DNA of 63,944 nucleotides, filler included, from Octopus bimaculoides (taxonomy: Eukaryota): the NCBI RefSeq assembly GCF_001194135.2. It is 6 parts of 5 records of this genome, joined end to end, with 100 filler letters (N's around TTAATTAATTAA, not from the genome) between each part and the next. Parts side by side here need not be neighbours in the genome. Positions count along the whole stretch, not along the records: positions 46,750 to 58,352 come from NC_068988.1; positions 58,453 to 62,755 come from NC_068987.1; positions 62,856 to 63,944 come from NC_068988.1; 3 more parts are not named here. One strand, given 5' to 3'. The position numbers and the translations under genes are program-made. Under the pieces are notes generated by a model. It did no database searches. It saw only the letters and a list, made by a program, of their open reading frames with translations, and had not been told where the DNA came from. Within the stretch, counting starts at the first letter, position 1; each line of letters begins with the position of its first letter. This document shows, piece after piece, positions 51,982 through 63,944 of the stretch.

Positions 51982-52157
51982 CGTATGTACATTACATATA
52001 TACATACACACATGCATGTATATGGACTGCATAACAAGAAATAAGATATACAAGGAAGCTACTTATTATTATTCAATCAATATCAGATATCAGTAACCAA
52101 GTGACAGAAAAGGCAGTATGCCAAACTAGATGCCTTGCAGTATTTAGTTGTTCCTCC

Positions 52158-52395
52158 TCATCCTCATCATCATGATCGGCATCATCATCATTTAACACCC
52201 CCTTTTCTATGCTGGCATGGATTAGATAGTTCCAGATGAACTGATGAGCCAAAGGACGGTGTTGAGCTTCAATATCTGCTTTGGCATGATTTCTACAACT
52301 GGATGCCTTTCCTAATGCCAACCACTTCACAGAATGTTCTGGGTGCATTTTACATGGCACCAGCACTGGTGAGTCAACCAAGTACCTGCAAGACA
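52158..52395 (-). mobile_element. Short element sharing the RTE 3' tail
   Basis: Reverse complement of the 7590-7770 type tail (catcatcatttaac..tgctggcatgg..ggatgcctttcctaatgccaaccac). Confidence 0.8.
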
Positions 52396-52539
52396 AGATC
52401 CCTCATTCAAGTTGTGTATAGGATTAAGGGATATGAAAATATGAGGGACAAGAGCAGATGTCTTGCTGAAGAAGTGAAAACATGGCTTTTCCAGCTGTGG
52501 GTGCGTGTGCGTGCGCATATGTGTGTGTTTGTGCTTGCA

Positions 52540-52550
<11 letters not shown>

Positions 52551-52619
<69 letters not shown>
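52551..52619. repeat. (GA)n microsatellite
   Basis: Direct reading. Confidence 0.97.
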
Positions 52620-52622
<3 letters not shown>

Positions 52623-53067
52623 GGTCAGAATAGGTGTAGATGAACAGAAAAGATGGTTGGGTAGCTAAATAAATGTGCTGATATGATTAGAGATGGGGAT
52701 TAAGTTATTTGTAGGAGATGAAGTGAAGGAATAGAAAAGGAGTGGGTTAGGGAAGAGGAGGAGGTGATGAAGGGTAGTAGTATTAACTCTTTCATTGCAA
52801 TATTCCCAATAAAATATACTGTCTTGGTTTGAATTATTTTTTTAAATAATGAAGAATTTAGTAAAATAGCTGTCATTAATAAGCTGATGTTTGGAATATT
52901 AACTTGAAATCAGTTTCAATTTAGATCACCTTAAAACAGGAAGTTTGTATTGAAGAACTAGCAGCAGTCTTAGGTAGATTATTCTTTTATTCTTTTACAT
53001 GTTTCAGCCTTATGGCTGTGGCCACGCTGGAGCACCGCCAGTGTAATCACCCTTTCAATGGGCAAAT

Positions 53068-53460
53068 TTATGTGATTGGCTTTTGGTGTAGGAAGGAATT
53101 CAAAGCTGCTGCCCTCTTTTGAATCTTTTGCCTTAATATTGGTTCATCTGGGACCTTGGATAGCAGGTCAAGTTGTTTCTTGAAGACATTTACCCTTTCT
53201 CCGTGAAGATCCCTCAGATGTTTTGGCAAGGCGTTAAATAGCTGTGGGCCCTTGAATCCCAAGCTACTGCAGTACATCGTCCACACTCTAGACAGGATAG
53301 CTGGGATATTTGGAACAGCGCAATGATGTCCAGTTCGGGGGCTGGTATAGATCTCAATATCAAAGTATCCACTAAGGTTAAATTATGAGTTCAAGTCCCA
53401 CAATCCAAGCCAACCCATGATTGATAAAACAAGAACCAGGCATGTTTTTATTATTTCCTC
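53068..53460 (-). mobile_element. CR1/L2-group LINE 3' coding end
   Basis: YCSSLGFKGPQLFNALPKHLRDL..FKKQLDLLSKVPDEP, a typical C-terminal motif set (GPxLFNxLP..PDEP). Confidence 0.75.
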
Positions 53461-53802
53461 ATAGCCTGATGCAATACATGTATTGTTTTCCATGTATTAT
53501 TATAAGAAATAATTATTTCGATGAAATGGTTTAAAAGAAACCAGCAACCGTAATCTTACATTCCTATAAAGAATGATTGTAATTATGTTATTGTTGGTTT
53601 CAGTTAGGGGCTGTGCTCATGCTGGGACAAGGGTGAAGTCTTAGTAGCGTGGTCAAGAAGTTTGCTTTATGACAATGTGGTTCTGGGTTCAATATGCATG
53701 GTAGCAGAGGTATTGAACTGACCAATATCCAGTGAGTAGAATTTGGTAGAAGGAAACTTATGAAAGTTCATCAGATATAAATGCATGCATGAATGTGCAC
53801 GT

Positions 53803-53846
<44 letters not shown>

Positions 53847-54099
53847 ACAAATGCATGTATGTATGTATGCATGTATGTACATATGTATGTATGTATGCAT
53901 GTGAAGTCACTCTTAGTACCACTGGTAACATGTAACCCAGTATAACTTGTTGTATGGTCAGGCCATTAGCAACTAACCCAGTAATCCTACCAAGTGTGCT
54001 TGGTAACAAGGGTGGTTTTCATTGGATACCCTGAAAAATGAATGACAAAACCTGTCAAAGGGTGGATGAATTCAATAGAGTCAACAACCACCCAACAGA

Positions 54100-54140
<41 letters not shown>

Positions 54141-54729
54141 CCCCTCATTTTGTATAAACATCTTTCTAGGAAAAACTCTGATGTAACTCTAGTGGCTCCA
54201 TTTGTATGCTCTTCTTTTGGGGCAAATGCATATGTTGTCTTGAGAGGGGGGAGGATTAATTTTGTGCAAGGCCTTTCCTTACTTTTGTGTTTAATATCTC
54301 TATTATGTGTTGCATACATAGTCAAATAAGGCAAAACACATAATGAAAATTTTGGTGATGGCTGGGATGAAGGCATGTGACTTCTCTGATGGTAACTCTT
54401 TGAAGATCTGTTGCAAGAGGTGCCCATCATTCTTACATCTGTGCAAAAGTTTATAGGTCCCTAGCAGGACTAAAAAAAAAACATGTGCATGCTGCTTTAA
54501 GAAAACATTCAAGTCATGGTATTGCTTAAAAACTGAGTTACAACAGTCATGTATGTATGTATGTATGTATGTCTGATTATATGTATATTTGTATGCATGT
54601 GTATATCTTTTGCCAATGGTACAACATCAAGGAAACAAAGACCAAACATAATGCTTTGCAAACAGATTCTTCTGTGATACTGGTTGGATGAACACATGTG
54701 CATATGTGCTTATGAATATGTATATATAT

Positions 54730-54940
54730 ATTTTACCTGTTTCAGTCAAGTCATTTAGCTGCAGCCATATTGGAGCCCCAGCTTGAAGGGGTTTAGTTGA
54801 ACAAGTTGACCCCAGGACTTATTTTTTAAAGCCTAGTACTTATTCTATCAACCTCTTTTGCCGAATCTCTAAGTTACAGGGATGCAAACACATCAACACC
54901 GGTTGTCAAGCAGTGATCGGAGGACAAATACAGACATAAA
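54730..54940 (-). mobile_element. SINE family B body
   Basis: Homologous to 48620-48850. Confidence 0.75.
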
Positions 54941-54992
54941 GTCATGCACATACATGCATACATACATACATACATATATCATCATCATCGTT

Positions 54993-55042
<50 letters not shown>

Positions 55043-55514
55043 GTGTGTGTGTGTGTATGTATATATATATGTATATATGTAAGAATGCGAGTAGTTTAGT
55101 TCATTGGTGGTCTAAACAAATATGTATGCTGTGTAAAATTATCACCAGATTTATTCCATTTTTGGGGTTTAGTGTTGAATAATAATAAGCATGCATAACT
55201 TCGATATATTCCTCCCCAGTCCATTTCTGTCTTGTTTTACTATTTCTTTGCGATAGGTTTGGTAGTTGATCCTGAGCGTCAGTTTTGGGAATATCCCTGG
55301 TTCTTGAGGAGGTTGGTCCTGATTTAAAGACTTTTTGAGCTCAGTGCCAGAACCTAAGGTCACTGATGAACACGTTCTTCAAATGACATGGGTTTTAGGG
55401 GGTATTTCCAAGGTTGGTATCCAGGGCCATGCTATAAGTGCACAAGGTTAACCAGTTGTCTGGTTCCTTGGGTAAGGTTCAGAAGTCCCAGGCATTTATT
55501 TATTTAGTATTATT

Positions 55515-55535
55515 ATAATAATAATAATAATAATA

Positions 55536-55600
<65 letters not shown>

Positions 55601-55615
55601 AACAACAACAACAAC
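55515..55615. repeat. Compound (AAT)(GAT)(AAC) microsatellite
   Basis: Direct reading. Confidence 0.95.
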
Positions 55616-56632
55616 AAGATCACTCAGAGAGCGGAAACCTCTGCTAAGGCAACACCAACATCCTCTCAATGATTAGCCAGAAATGAGTTTTAAAATGAGA
55701 ATATCTGAAATAAACTCAAATGCTCTCACAAATGAGAATACTAAAAATGAACCTGGCCGCTCTCAAAAGTTAAGTAAAAAAAAACAGAAGAATAATTCAG
55801 AATCCTTGTCCGGTACCTGATTGAATGTGAAGGTGGGTGTGCAGGCCGTGCTTGTAATGCTGTGTGTGTGTGTCATCTGCAGTGGGAACAGGGACAGTTT
55901 TCTCTATGAAGGCCTTTTTTAGTCTATTCACTGATGTAGTGTCTTTATGACCATTAAGGTCTATAGTGAAAAATTTATCCGTGCATGAATGAATATGGAA
56001 AACAGCATACAGTGCTGTTAACAGAGGTTTAACAACATTATTGTGGACAAAAACATGAGTCCAAGAAGTAAAGCTTCCTTCAAGGAATAGCTACAAATGC
56101 AATTGTCAAGTAGATAAGAGGTTTTAAACAGGAGTGATATATTAAAAATTAGTAAAACTAAAAACTGTTGAGGATAAATTAAATCTATTATTGTTATTGA
56201 ATATGTTAGTGTTATTTAATTTCTGAACGGTTTTGCTATCTTTTGTTTATGTAGTTTGATTTCTCTATCCATCAATTTCTACTAAGATAGAGACACAAGT
56301 AAAATTAATAATAGAGAAATGAAACAGCCATAACTTATGCTGAAACCATGAGCATTCTGCCAAAGGAAATAATCAGAGAAAGACTTGAAAGTCAACATAA
56401 GGCCATAATTCTTCATGTAAAGTAAAGTAAATATAATAAATAATCCAGAATGCTTGTCCAGTACCGAATTGATCACAAAACCTAATCAGGTCATGCCAGT
56501 CACGAGGCCAAACATCTTTGGAAGTTTCATCCAAATCCATCTAGTGGGTTCTTGAGATATCTTGTTCACAGACAAACAAACAAACAAACACAACTGAAAA
56601 CAATACCTCTGCCTTTGCTAAAGTGGAGGTAA
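55613..56632 (+). mobile_element. Probable non-autonomous Helentron-associated element (HINE/DINE-1-like), possibly with an internal insertion
   Basis: 5' aacaagatcactcagagagcggaaacctctgc; 3' aagtttcatccaaatcc..ttgagatatcttgttcacagac(aaac)n then terminal hairpin acctctgcctttgctaaagtggaggt + aa; sits between trinucleotide microsatellites. Confidence 0.5.
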
Positions 56633-56637
56633 GAGTA

Positions 56638-56677
<40 letters not shown>

Positions 56678-56694
56678 TAATAATAATAATAATG

Positions 56695-56734
<40 letters not shown>

Positions 56735-56744
56735 TAATGACAAT

Positions 56745-56938
56745 GGTTTCAAATTTTGGTACAGGGCCAGCAATTTTGGGAGAGAAGATAAGTTGATTAC
56801 CACAATCCCAGTGTTCAACTGGTACTTAATCTATTGGCCCTGAAAGGATGAGGGGAAAAACTGACCCTGGTGCAAAAGATGGATAAAATGCTGCTATGCA
56901 ATTTGCCCAGTATGCTAACAATTCTGCTAGCTCACCAC
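56745..56938 (-). mobile_element. SINE family A copy
   Basis: Homologous to 10021-10222. Confidence 0.75.
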
Positions 56939-57083
56939 TCTAATAATAATCATAATAATAATAATGATGATGGTGGATTCTCCTGTCGAAGACGAAGTAA
57001 GACTGTTCAGCTTTTTGCCGATGAATCTACATAAATGATTTGTTTATAGTGATTAAATGTTCATACTGCACAATAATAATAAA

Positions 57084-57120
<37 letters not shown>

Positions 57121-57322
57121 ATAATAATAATAATAAAAATAATAATGTATGTATGTATGTATACACATTATCGTAATATTATTTAATGGATCATATTCAC
57201 GTGTGTAACTTCAAGCAACAATGGAGTGAACTGTTAAACTATAAATATAAACTCTATGTCACGTATTTAGTGTTCTTTAGAGTTGTTTTCTATCATTTGC
57301 ATATATATGTGTGCATACACAC

Positions 57323-57355
<33 letters not shown>

Positions 57356-57473
57356 CATATAGCATGTATAATGCTTTGAAAGAAACAAATAACCCGCTAA
57401 TCTCTAAGGCTTTCTGAGATAAAACAATACACAGCTGCATGTATATCACTTGTGTTTTTTATAGCAACTTACA

Positions 57474-57512
<39 letters not shown>

Positions 57513-57538
57513 TTAAATGTATACACATGTAAGTTTTG

Positions 57539-57572
<34 letters not shown>

Positions 57573-58312
57573 AAAGCTTCATTTATGAGTTGATATTTGG
57601 CAGCTGTGTTTCCTCTTATGTGAGTAAATCATTAAATTGGTGATCAAGTTTCAAAACAGACAACAATAAGCTAAGATAAATAAATATCACACACACACAT
57701 ATACAAGTAAAACCCCCTTTGCAATGATTAATCTGGAATACCGAATGTTTTATGTATAAACCACATTGAACATAGGGGGTAAAAAGACAGAGAGGGTGAG
57801 AGACACACCTCTATGAAAGGCCAACAGCTTTACTAGATAGACTACTGATTATCTGATTATTTTTGAACCACCCTAAAGAGCATTGGCAGAACATCATCCA
57901 TGCTATATGAAATTATCTGATTTACTGTTGTCTGAAAGAAGCTAGAGTGTGTTCTTTTTTTTTCAAAGGGGAGAGAGAGATGGGGTATGCAATGTGGGAT
58001 GGCTTAGTGGCTATAGTATGAAAATATTTTTTAAGAGATGGGGGAGTCCATATCAAGTGCCTGGCATTGGTGCAATGATGAGTCTATGGTCCACACATCT
58101 TATAACTAGGTAGTTATATAGGCATGTCAGTAGGTGTACTGACAGGCAAAAGTGTGTGGTTAAGAAGTTTGCTTCACAGCTACATGGTTCTGCCTGATCC
58201 TCACTATTTAGTAGCTTGTCTTTAACTATAGAGCTTGATAGACCTTGGGTTGACTAGTATCTGTTAGTGGAATCTTTGTAGACAGAAATTATGCAAAAGC
58301 CTGTTGTATACA

Positions 58313-58352
<40 letters not shown>

Positions 58353-58458
58353 NNNNNNNNNNNNNNNNNNNNNNNNNNNNNNNNNNNNNNNNNNNNTTAA
58401 TTAATTAANNNNNNNNNNNNNNNNNNNNNNNNNNNNNNNNNNNNNNNNNNNNGCCCGT

Positions 58459-58497
<39 letters not shown>

Positions 58498-58677
58498 TAT
58501 AGGTTTTGGAACTTTGGTTGAAAGAGAAATTGATTGAAAACATACTAATCGGAAAAAAAGGTGACATATTAATCGAAATTTTAATATTTTTAAAATACAC
58601 AGGTAAAAAACGATATAGAAATATGTTCGAATGATTGATTATTATTTGAATTAAATGGCACAATGATTTAACATCTT

Positions 58678-59022
58678 AGATGTGGCTGTGCGATCAAAAA
58701 GCTTGCTTCCCAACCATGTAACCTTGGGTTCAGTCCCACTGCGTTATACTTTGAGCTAAAGTCTTCTACTTTAGTACCAGAACGACCAAAGCCTTGTGAG
58801 TGAATTTAGGAGACATTGATTGAAAGAAGCCCATGTATGTGTAAGTCGTGTTTGTCCCCACTACTGCTTGTTAACCGGTACTAGTTTATTTGCACCCCTA
58901 AAACCTATCTGTTCGACGTAGATTAAGTACCAGGCTTAAACTATTAGCACGGGGGCCGATTTGTTTGAAGGTAATGCCCCAGCGTGGCCGCCGTCTTATG
59001 AGTGAAGCAAGTAAAAGAAGAT
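58678..59022 (+). mobile_element. SINE family B, complete copy
   Basis: tRNA-like head (tggctgtgcgatcaaaaag..ggttcagtcccactg), aagccttgtgagtgaattt..gaaagaagccc, short TG/TA tract, body ending tgaagcaagtaaaaga. Confidence 0.8.
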
Positions 59023-60550
59023 ATAAATTAGAGTTTTGAAGAAGTTATTTGTTATAACCATAAAATAAAAACATTTACAAAATTGTTAGTGTCCTGGGCA
59101 GAAGGCGTACTTCCGGTCAACCAGTCAAATACTGGCAGCCATTGAAATGTTTTCGTCGTGTACTTACCATACGAATTATGGTAGGGTGATGCGTGATGAT
59201 CCACTGATAGAGCATGCGATAACGTAATCTGCGGTTATCAGCGACGTCACGTTAGCTTTTACAGTCAGATCTTGCCATGATCAACTGATCCAATCATCCT
59301 TCATCTGTTGATGAAATAAATAACCGACTATACACCGTGCCTGCCTATGCTGGAGGAGAGAGGGGTACTTTCTATAGTACTCTTTCTGAGCAGGGTGACT
59401 CGGGATTTGTGGGGCTCCTTGGTTGCCCCTGAGTGACGTTTTCCCTCTTATTAGGGATTTTGTTTGCTAAGATTCTTTTGCATAAACTTTTCTATATAAA
59501 TCTCTGACCGTCCTTTGTCTATATAAGTCTCTAACCATTCTAAAAGTTTCTGCGGCCCTTGCCGCCAATAAAGAAGGAATTATTACTGTTATTTCCAGTA
59601 AATAAAAGAGAGCTTTTAAATATTTCTTGAGTGTTGGACGCTATATGGAACAGACACACGTGTGGCGCTGTCCCCACCTCCTCCGCTATGCTTAAGTAAA
59701 ATTGAAAATGTATTTCATTTGAAAATAATTAATTTCTATAATTTAAAAAAATTAATCAAGATTATGATGCATTTCTATTTTCATTTAAGTAAATTGGCAG
59801 ATTACCCGAAAATAAATTGAAAATATATTCCATTTAAAAATAACAGTTTTTTTCTTTTAAATTACAATAAGTTGCTGGGGAAACTTTGTCAACAAAGTTA
59901 ATTTTTTTTATTACTTTCTCCTACGATTTTGTATTTCGATGTCTTTGATATGAATTAATTTTTCTCCCGATGATTTTGTCTTTTTGATCAATATTTTTTC
60001 GATGAATGTCTTTCAGTGAATAACTTTTCGATAAACTTTCTATATCCTATACATACATACGTACATACACACTCACACACACACATACATAAAGATATGT
60101 GTGTGTGTGACTAGGATTTTATTTTAACTTTTCCTGAGAGAGATTTTACCTTTCATCCTGCAGCTTGGATTGAATAAATATCAGTAATATTTAAGAATCG
60201 TATAGTCCAAATAATAGTTTGGTTTTGTCTATATCTGCGAATTTTTAAACCTGTATTTCAGTTTGTTATATCATTCGACCATCTTCAAATGAAACATGTT
60301 TTTACGAAACATTCTCACCTTATTTCCTACATCTTTGACATAAAGCAGTGAAGAATAATAAATACTCAGTTAAAAGAATAACATATTTGTTTTTGTTTCT
60401 GTTGTTTAAAGATGAGGAACAGAGGTTTCCGTTGATTACTTTAGGTTCATATAGGAACACTTGACTGCAGGAATGTCAAACCTCAAAAGACAGATATGTG
60501 GAAGATGAAATTAACCAGTCTTTCGCCATTCTTAAATTGGGCTCAGCTGT

Positions 60551-60742
60551 TAGCACAAGGCCAGCAATTTCGAGGTAGTGGGTAAGTTGATTACATCAAC
60601 CCCAGTGCTCAGCTGGTACTTATTTTACCGGCCCCTAGGCAAAGTCGACCTTGGCAGAATTTGAACACAAAGCATGAAGACGGACGAAATTTCGCTAGGC
60701 ATTCAGCCCAGCGTGATAAAGATTCTGCAAACTCACCACCTT
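60551..60742 (-). mobile_element. SINE family A copy
   Basis: Homologous to 10021-10222 (ggcaaagtcgaccttggcagaatttgaac). Confidence 0.78.
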
Positions 60743-60747
60743 ACCTC

Positions 60748-60786
<39 letters not shown>

Positions 60787-62859
60787 ACCCACCACCACCA
60801 CCACCATTTTAAAATTATTACATATGTTAGGCTTTAAGAAACAGATTTTTCAACTCTGGCAAGAAACTGAAACCTTATTCCATTATAGCTGTAGTTTTTC
60901 TTGTAGCTAATTATAACGTATAATGATAGATTCAATGCTGTAAATGTTTAATCACAATCCTTAGAAGATATATAACGTATTGTGACTAACTAAACGCTGA
61001 AAGTGCTTAATCATATTAGAAAATATTTGTAATGTATCACGTGCTAAACCATATTGTCTGCCTGCAATGATCAACTAATTAAGGTGAAAACCATTATATT
61101 TAAAACATTAGAAATTTAAACAATTATCTATGAGGTGGAAGCATTCATATATTTGTTCTCCGTTTTTATAATCGCTTCTCTGCTCTGCTGCACATCCCTA
61201 AGCAATTTGTTATTATGTTACACAAGACAGCATTCGATAAATAATTGACTAGCTTGAACTTTGGATTTTGTTATTAGTGATTATCATGGTAAATATGGAC
61301 ACACCTTTCTGTTCACGTTTTGCTTCGAGTAGCACATCATTATTAATATATCGTTTAGTTTACTTAGGGCGGTGTGAATGATTGAAACAGCGGATGTATC
61401 ACCACGTTATTCTATTTAATTTTGTCCATCTGTGAACAGAATTCTTTTTCTATCAGAATTGGCTTTATTCTCTATCTTTGTCAAGAAGGTAAATTTACTT
61501 GTAAAGGATCTTTTGTTAATTCAACATTGGAAGGGTTGGAATTATATAAACTGACTTACGGACAATATGTAAAGGTGATGTTTCACTGGTAACCCAAATA
61601 TATCTTGGAACATTCCTCCACATACTTTGTCATGTCTATCAGTAAAAATTCCATTTTCTCTTCCCTGACATAACTTCCCTTGTTTCATCAACCCTTGAAA
61701 CCTTTCATTCCTTAGCTTTAATAACCGAAAACAAGATTCGATGCCTTTATTCGATATATTTTTTATTTTGATTTAGAATCCCGTCCTTGCCGATTTTCAC
61801 CAAAGAGAAACACTAATGAAGATATCGCATTCAGTTCGAACAGCTATTGCAATTATTAATTTTTTCACTCTAGTTTTAAATCTCGTTACCTTCGTTATTT
61901 TGGCACATTTCGTTAAGTGCGGGACCTGTTGAGCACAGTGGGCAAACTGAAAGATAGAAAGCAAAGAGTAAACTTATCATGAGATGAGATTTAAAGAGTA
62001 GAAGGTAAATTAATGATGTGCAAAGACTTGTGCGATGAGATGCGGAGAACAAATTTGTGTTCATAGTGAGCTCAGATTTGCAAAACATATGAGCAATTGG
62101 CGAGCTCAAGCATGGAGAATGAAATGTAAGCGCCCGACAAATTCAAACATAGGATACAAAATGCAAGATTTTGGCGAGACAAGATCTGGGGAGCAATATA
62201 AAAAGCGCCAGATACAACTTTTAGTGTATATGAGTAGACGATGTGATTATATTAATATCTAACTGAAGGCAAGTAAAGCGAAAGAGACAGAGGAGAGATT
62301 ACAGTAAGCTGAGTCCGTGATCTATTTCTCATTCCCGTTTGTAGACATTTCGCTTCCCTTCTATTGCTAATTCCTCTCAAGAAAGACATCGACATCACTC
62401 ACATTCAACCTTCTTTCTACCTTATACGTCTGTATAGCCTTATGCTTGAGTAAGAAATCAATTCAAGTGTTTATTCTCATGGCGACCATGACGACGACGA
62501 CGATGAAGCTGAAGCTAATGATAATGATGATGATAAATAATGACAGAGTATGGGGGAGAAAATATTGCTTTCAGATGTTTGGGTTCAAATTACATTGAGT
62601 AAAACATCAATATTCTCTGCAAATCAATTCCTCTCATTGGCAATCTTAGACTTTTAATTTTCAGAATTAAAGATATAATCTCATTACTATTTCTCATTTA
62701 CTTCCGCTCCCCGCCCCCATACCCCTTCCCCCTCATCATCCTTCTCTTTTCTTTCNNNNNNNNNNNNNNNNNNNNNNNNNNNNNNNNNNNNNNNNNNNNT
62801 TAATTAATTAANNNNNNNNNNNNNNNNNNNNNNNNNNNNNNNNNNNNNNNNNNNNATAT

Positions 62860-62893
<34 letters not shown>

Positions 62894-63269
62894 ATATATA
62901 TGTGTGTGTGTGTGTATACTATATATGCGTGTATATCTATGTATATGTTGTGGCTTTTGTTGTTTTCGTAATGAAAGTCTAAAAATTACTTATTCAATAA
63001 AATCTGATTCAAAAGGAGTAGGATTATTATTCTAGATTCGGTTACAGGATTAAAAGAATTCGAACAATAATATTAACTTCATCTCTAAAACATCTAAAAC
63101 CAAATGCAGTCATAAAGATACAAAGAATCTGGTGTAGAGCTAGTAGGTATATTATATACGTATAAAATATATAGGAAATACAGTCACTCTCAGGCAGACT
63201 TGAGGATGCGTATACGTTTATATGTGTACACAATTATACAGAGCAAACACATAAAAATAAACTTGAGGA

Positions 63270-63357
<88 letters not shown>
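63270..63357. repeat. (TATC)n microsatellite
   Basis: Direct reading. Dozens of other (CA)n, (TA)n, (TG)n, (AAT)n and (ATAC)n tracts occur throughout the window. Confidence 0.97.
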
Positions 63358-63358
<1 letters not shown>

Positions 63359-63615
63359 CTCTGCATATGTGTGTGTGTGTCTGTGTATGTATGTTTGTGT
63401 TATGTATATGTACATATTTGCATATTTTTTATACATTAGTATACACGCACAAATACACATAGACACCCACATGCATATACCCGCACCCATCCACACGAAC
63501 ACACCCACACATATGGAGACACATACTTACAAAATACACAAACACAAACACAAACTCATACACACACAAACATACACGCGCACATATGAATATATATATA
63601 TATATNNNNNNNNNN

Positions 63616-63656
<41 letters not shown>

Positions 63657-63944
63657 TACGCACATTAACTGAATACTGACATACATACTGAATTCATACG
63701 TGTGTATGTACGTGTTTCCAATTATATGTCCTTGAATGACAGAAAATAAGTTCCTACATTTGCGAAGTATAACATACGTTTTGATGTATTACCTACGTAA
63801 CCATAGACAGCTTGTGTGTCTGTGTGCATACATGATATATATATATCCTATATAATCGTACATATCTATGTATATATATAGAGATAGATTCATATATATA
63901 TGTATATAAATAAGTAAGTAAATATATATATATATATATATATA

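Noticed and set aside
59158-59175. U1 snRNA-like 5' end (acttacc)
   Set aside because: Similarity stops after 7 nt; better read as a minus-strand donor.

Overview
AT-rich, microsatellite-dense eukaryotic DNA made almost entirely of decayed, nested transposable elements. The repeat types and (CA/TA/AAT/GAT)n load suggest a coleoid cephalopod such as Octopus (inference). No intact multi-exon host gene, rRNA, true tRNA or CRISPR array is supportable; one candidate terminal exon lies at 47254-47387. Recognisable elements: two CsRn1-like Ty3/Gypsy copies (1-3405; 43709-46649, tRNA-Trp PBS), two further LTRs, R4/Dong, RTE, CR1-like and CRE non-LTR remnants, a Penelope-like remnant, Tc1/mariner, a hAT MITE, Helitron/Helentron pieces and many tRNA-derived SINEs. 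Best leads: (1) a tRNA-headed SINE-like element whose tail carries a hammerhead-ribozyme core, present as an inverted pair (25603-26140); (2) an RTE LINE with a twin-priming-like 5' inversion (13868-16578); (3) two rearranged PHD-finger CRE copies sharing one breakpoint; (4) a structurally conserved U5 hairpin in otherwise divergent Gypsy LTRs; (5) an old ~63-bp satellite. Many N gaps and five artificial 100-bp join markers limit what can be concluded about distances and completeness. Family assignments are from motif recognition by eye, not database searches.
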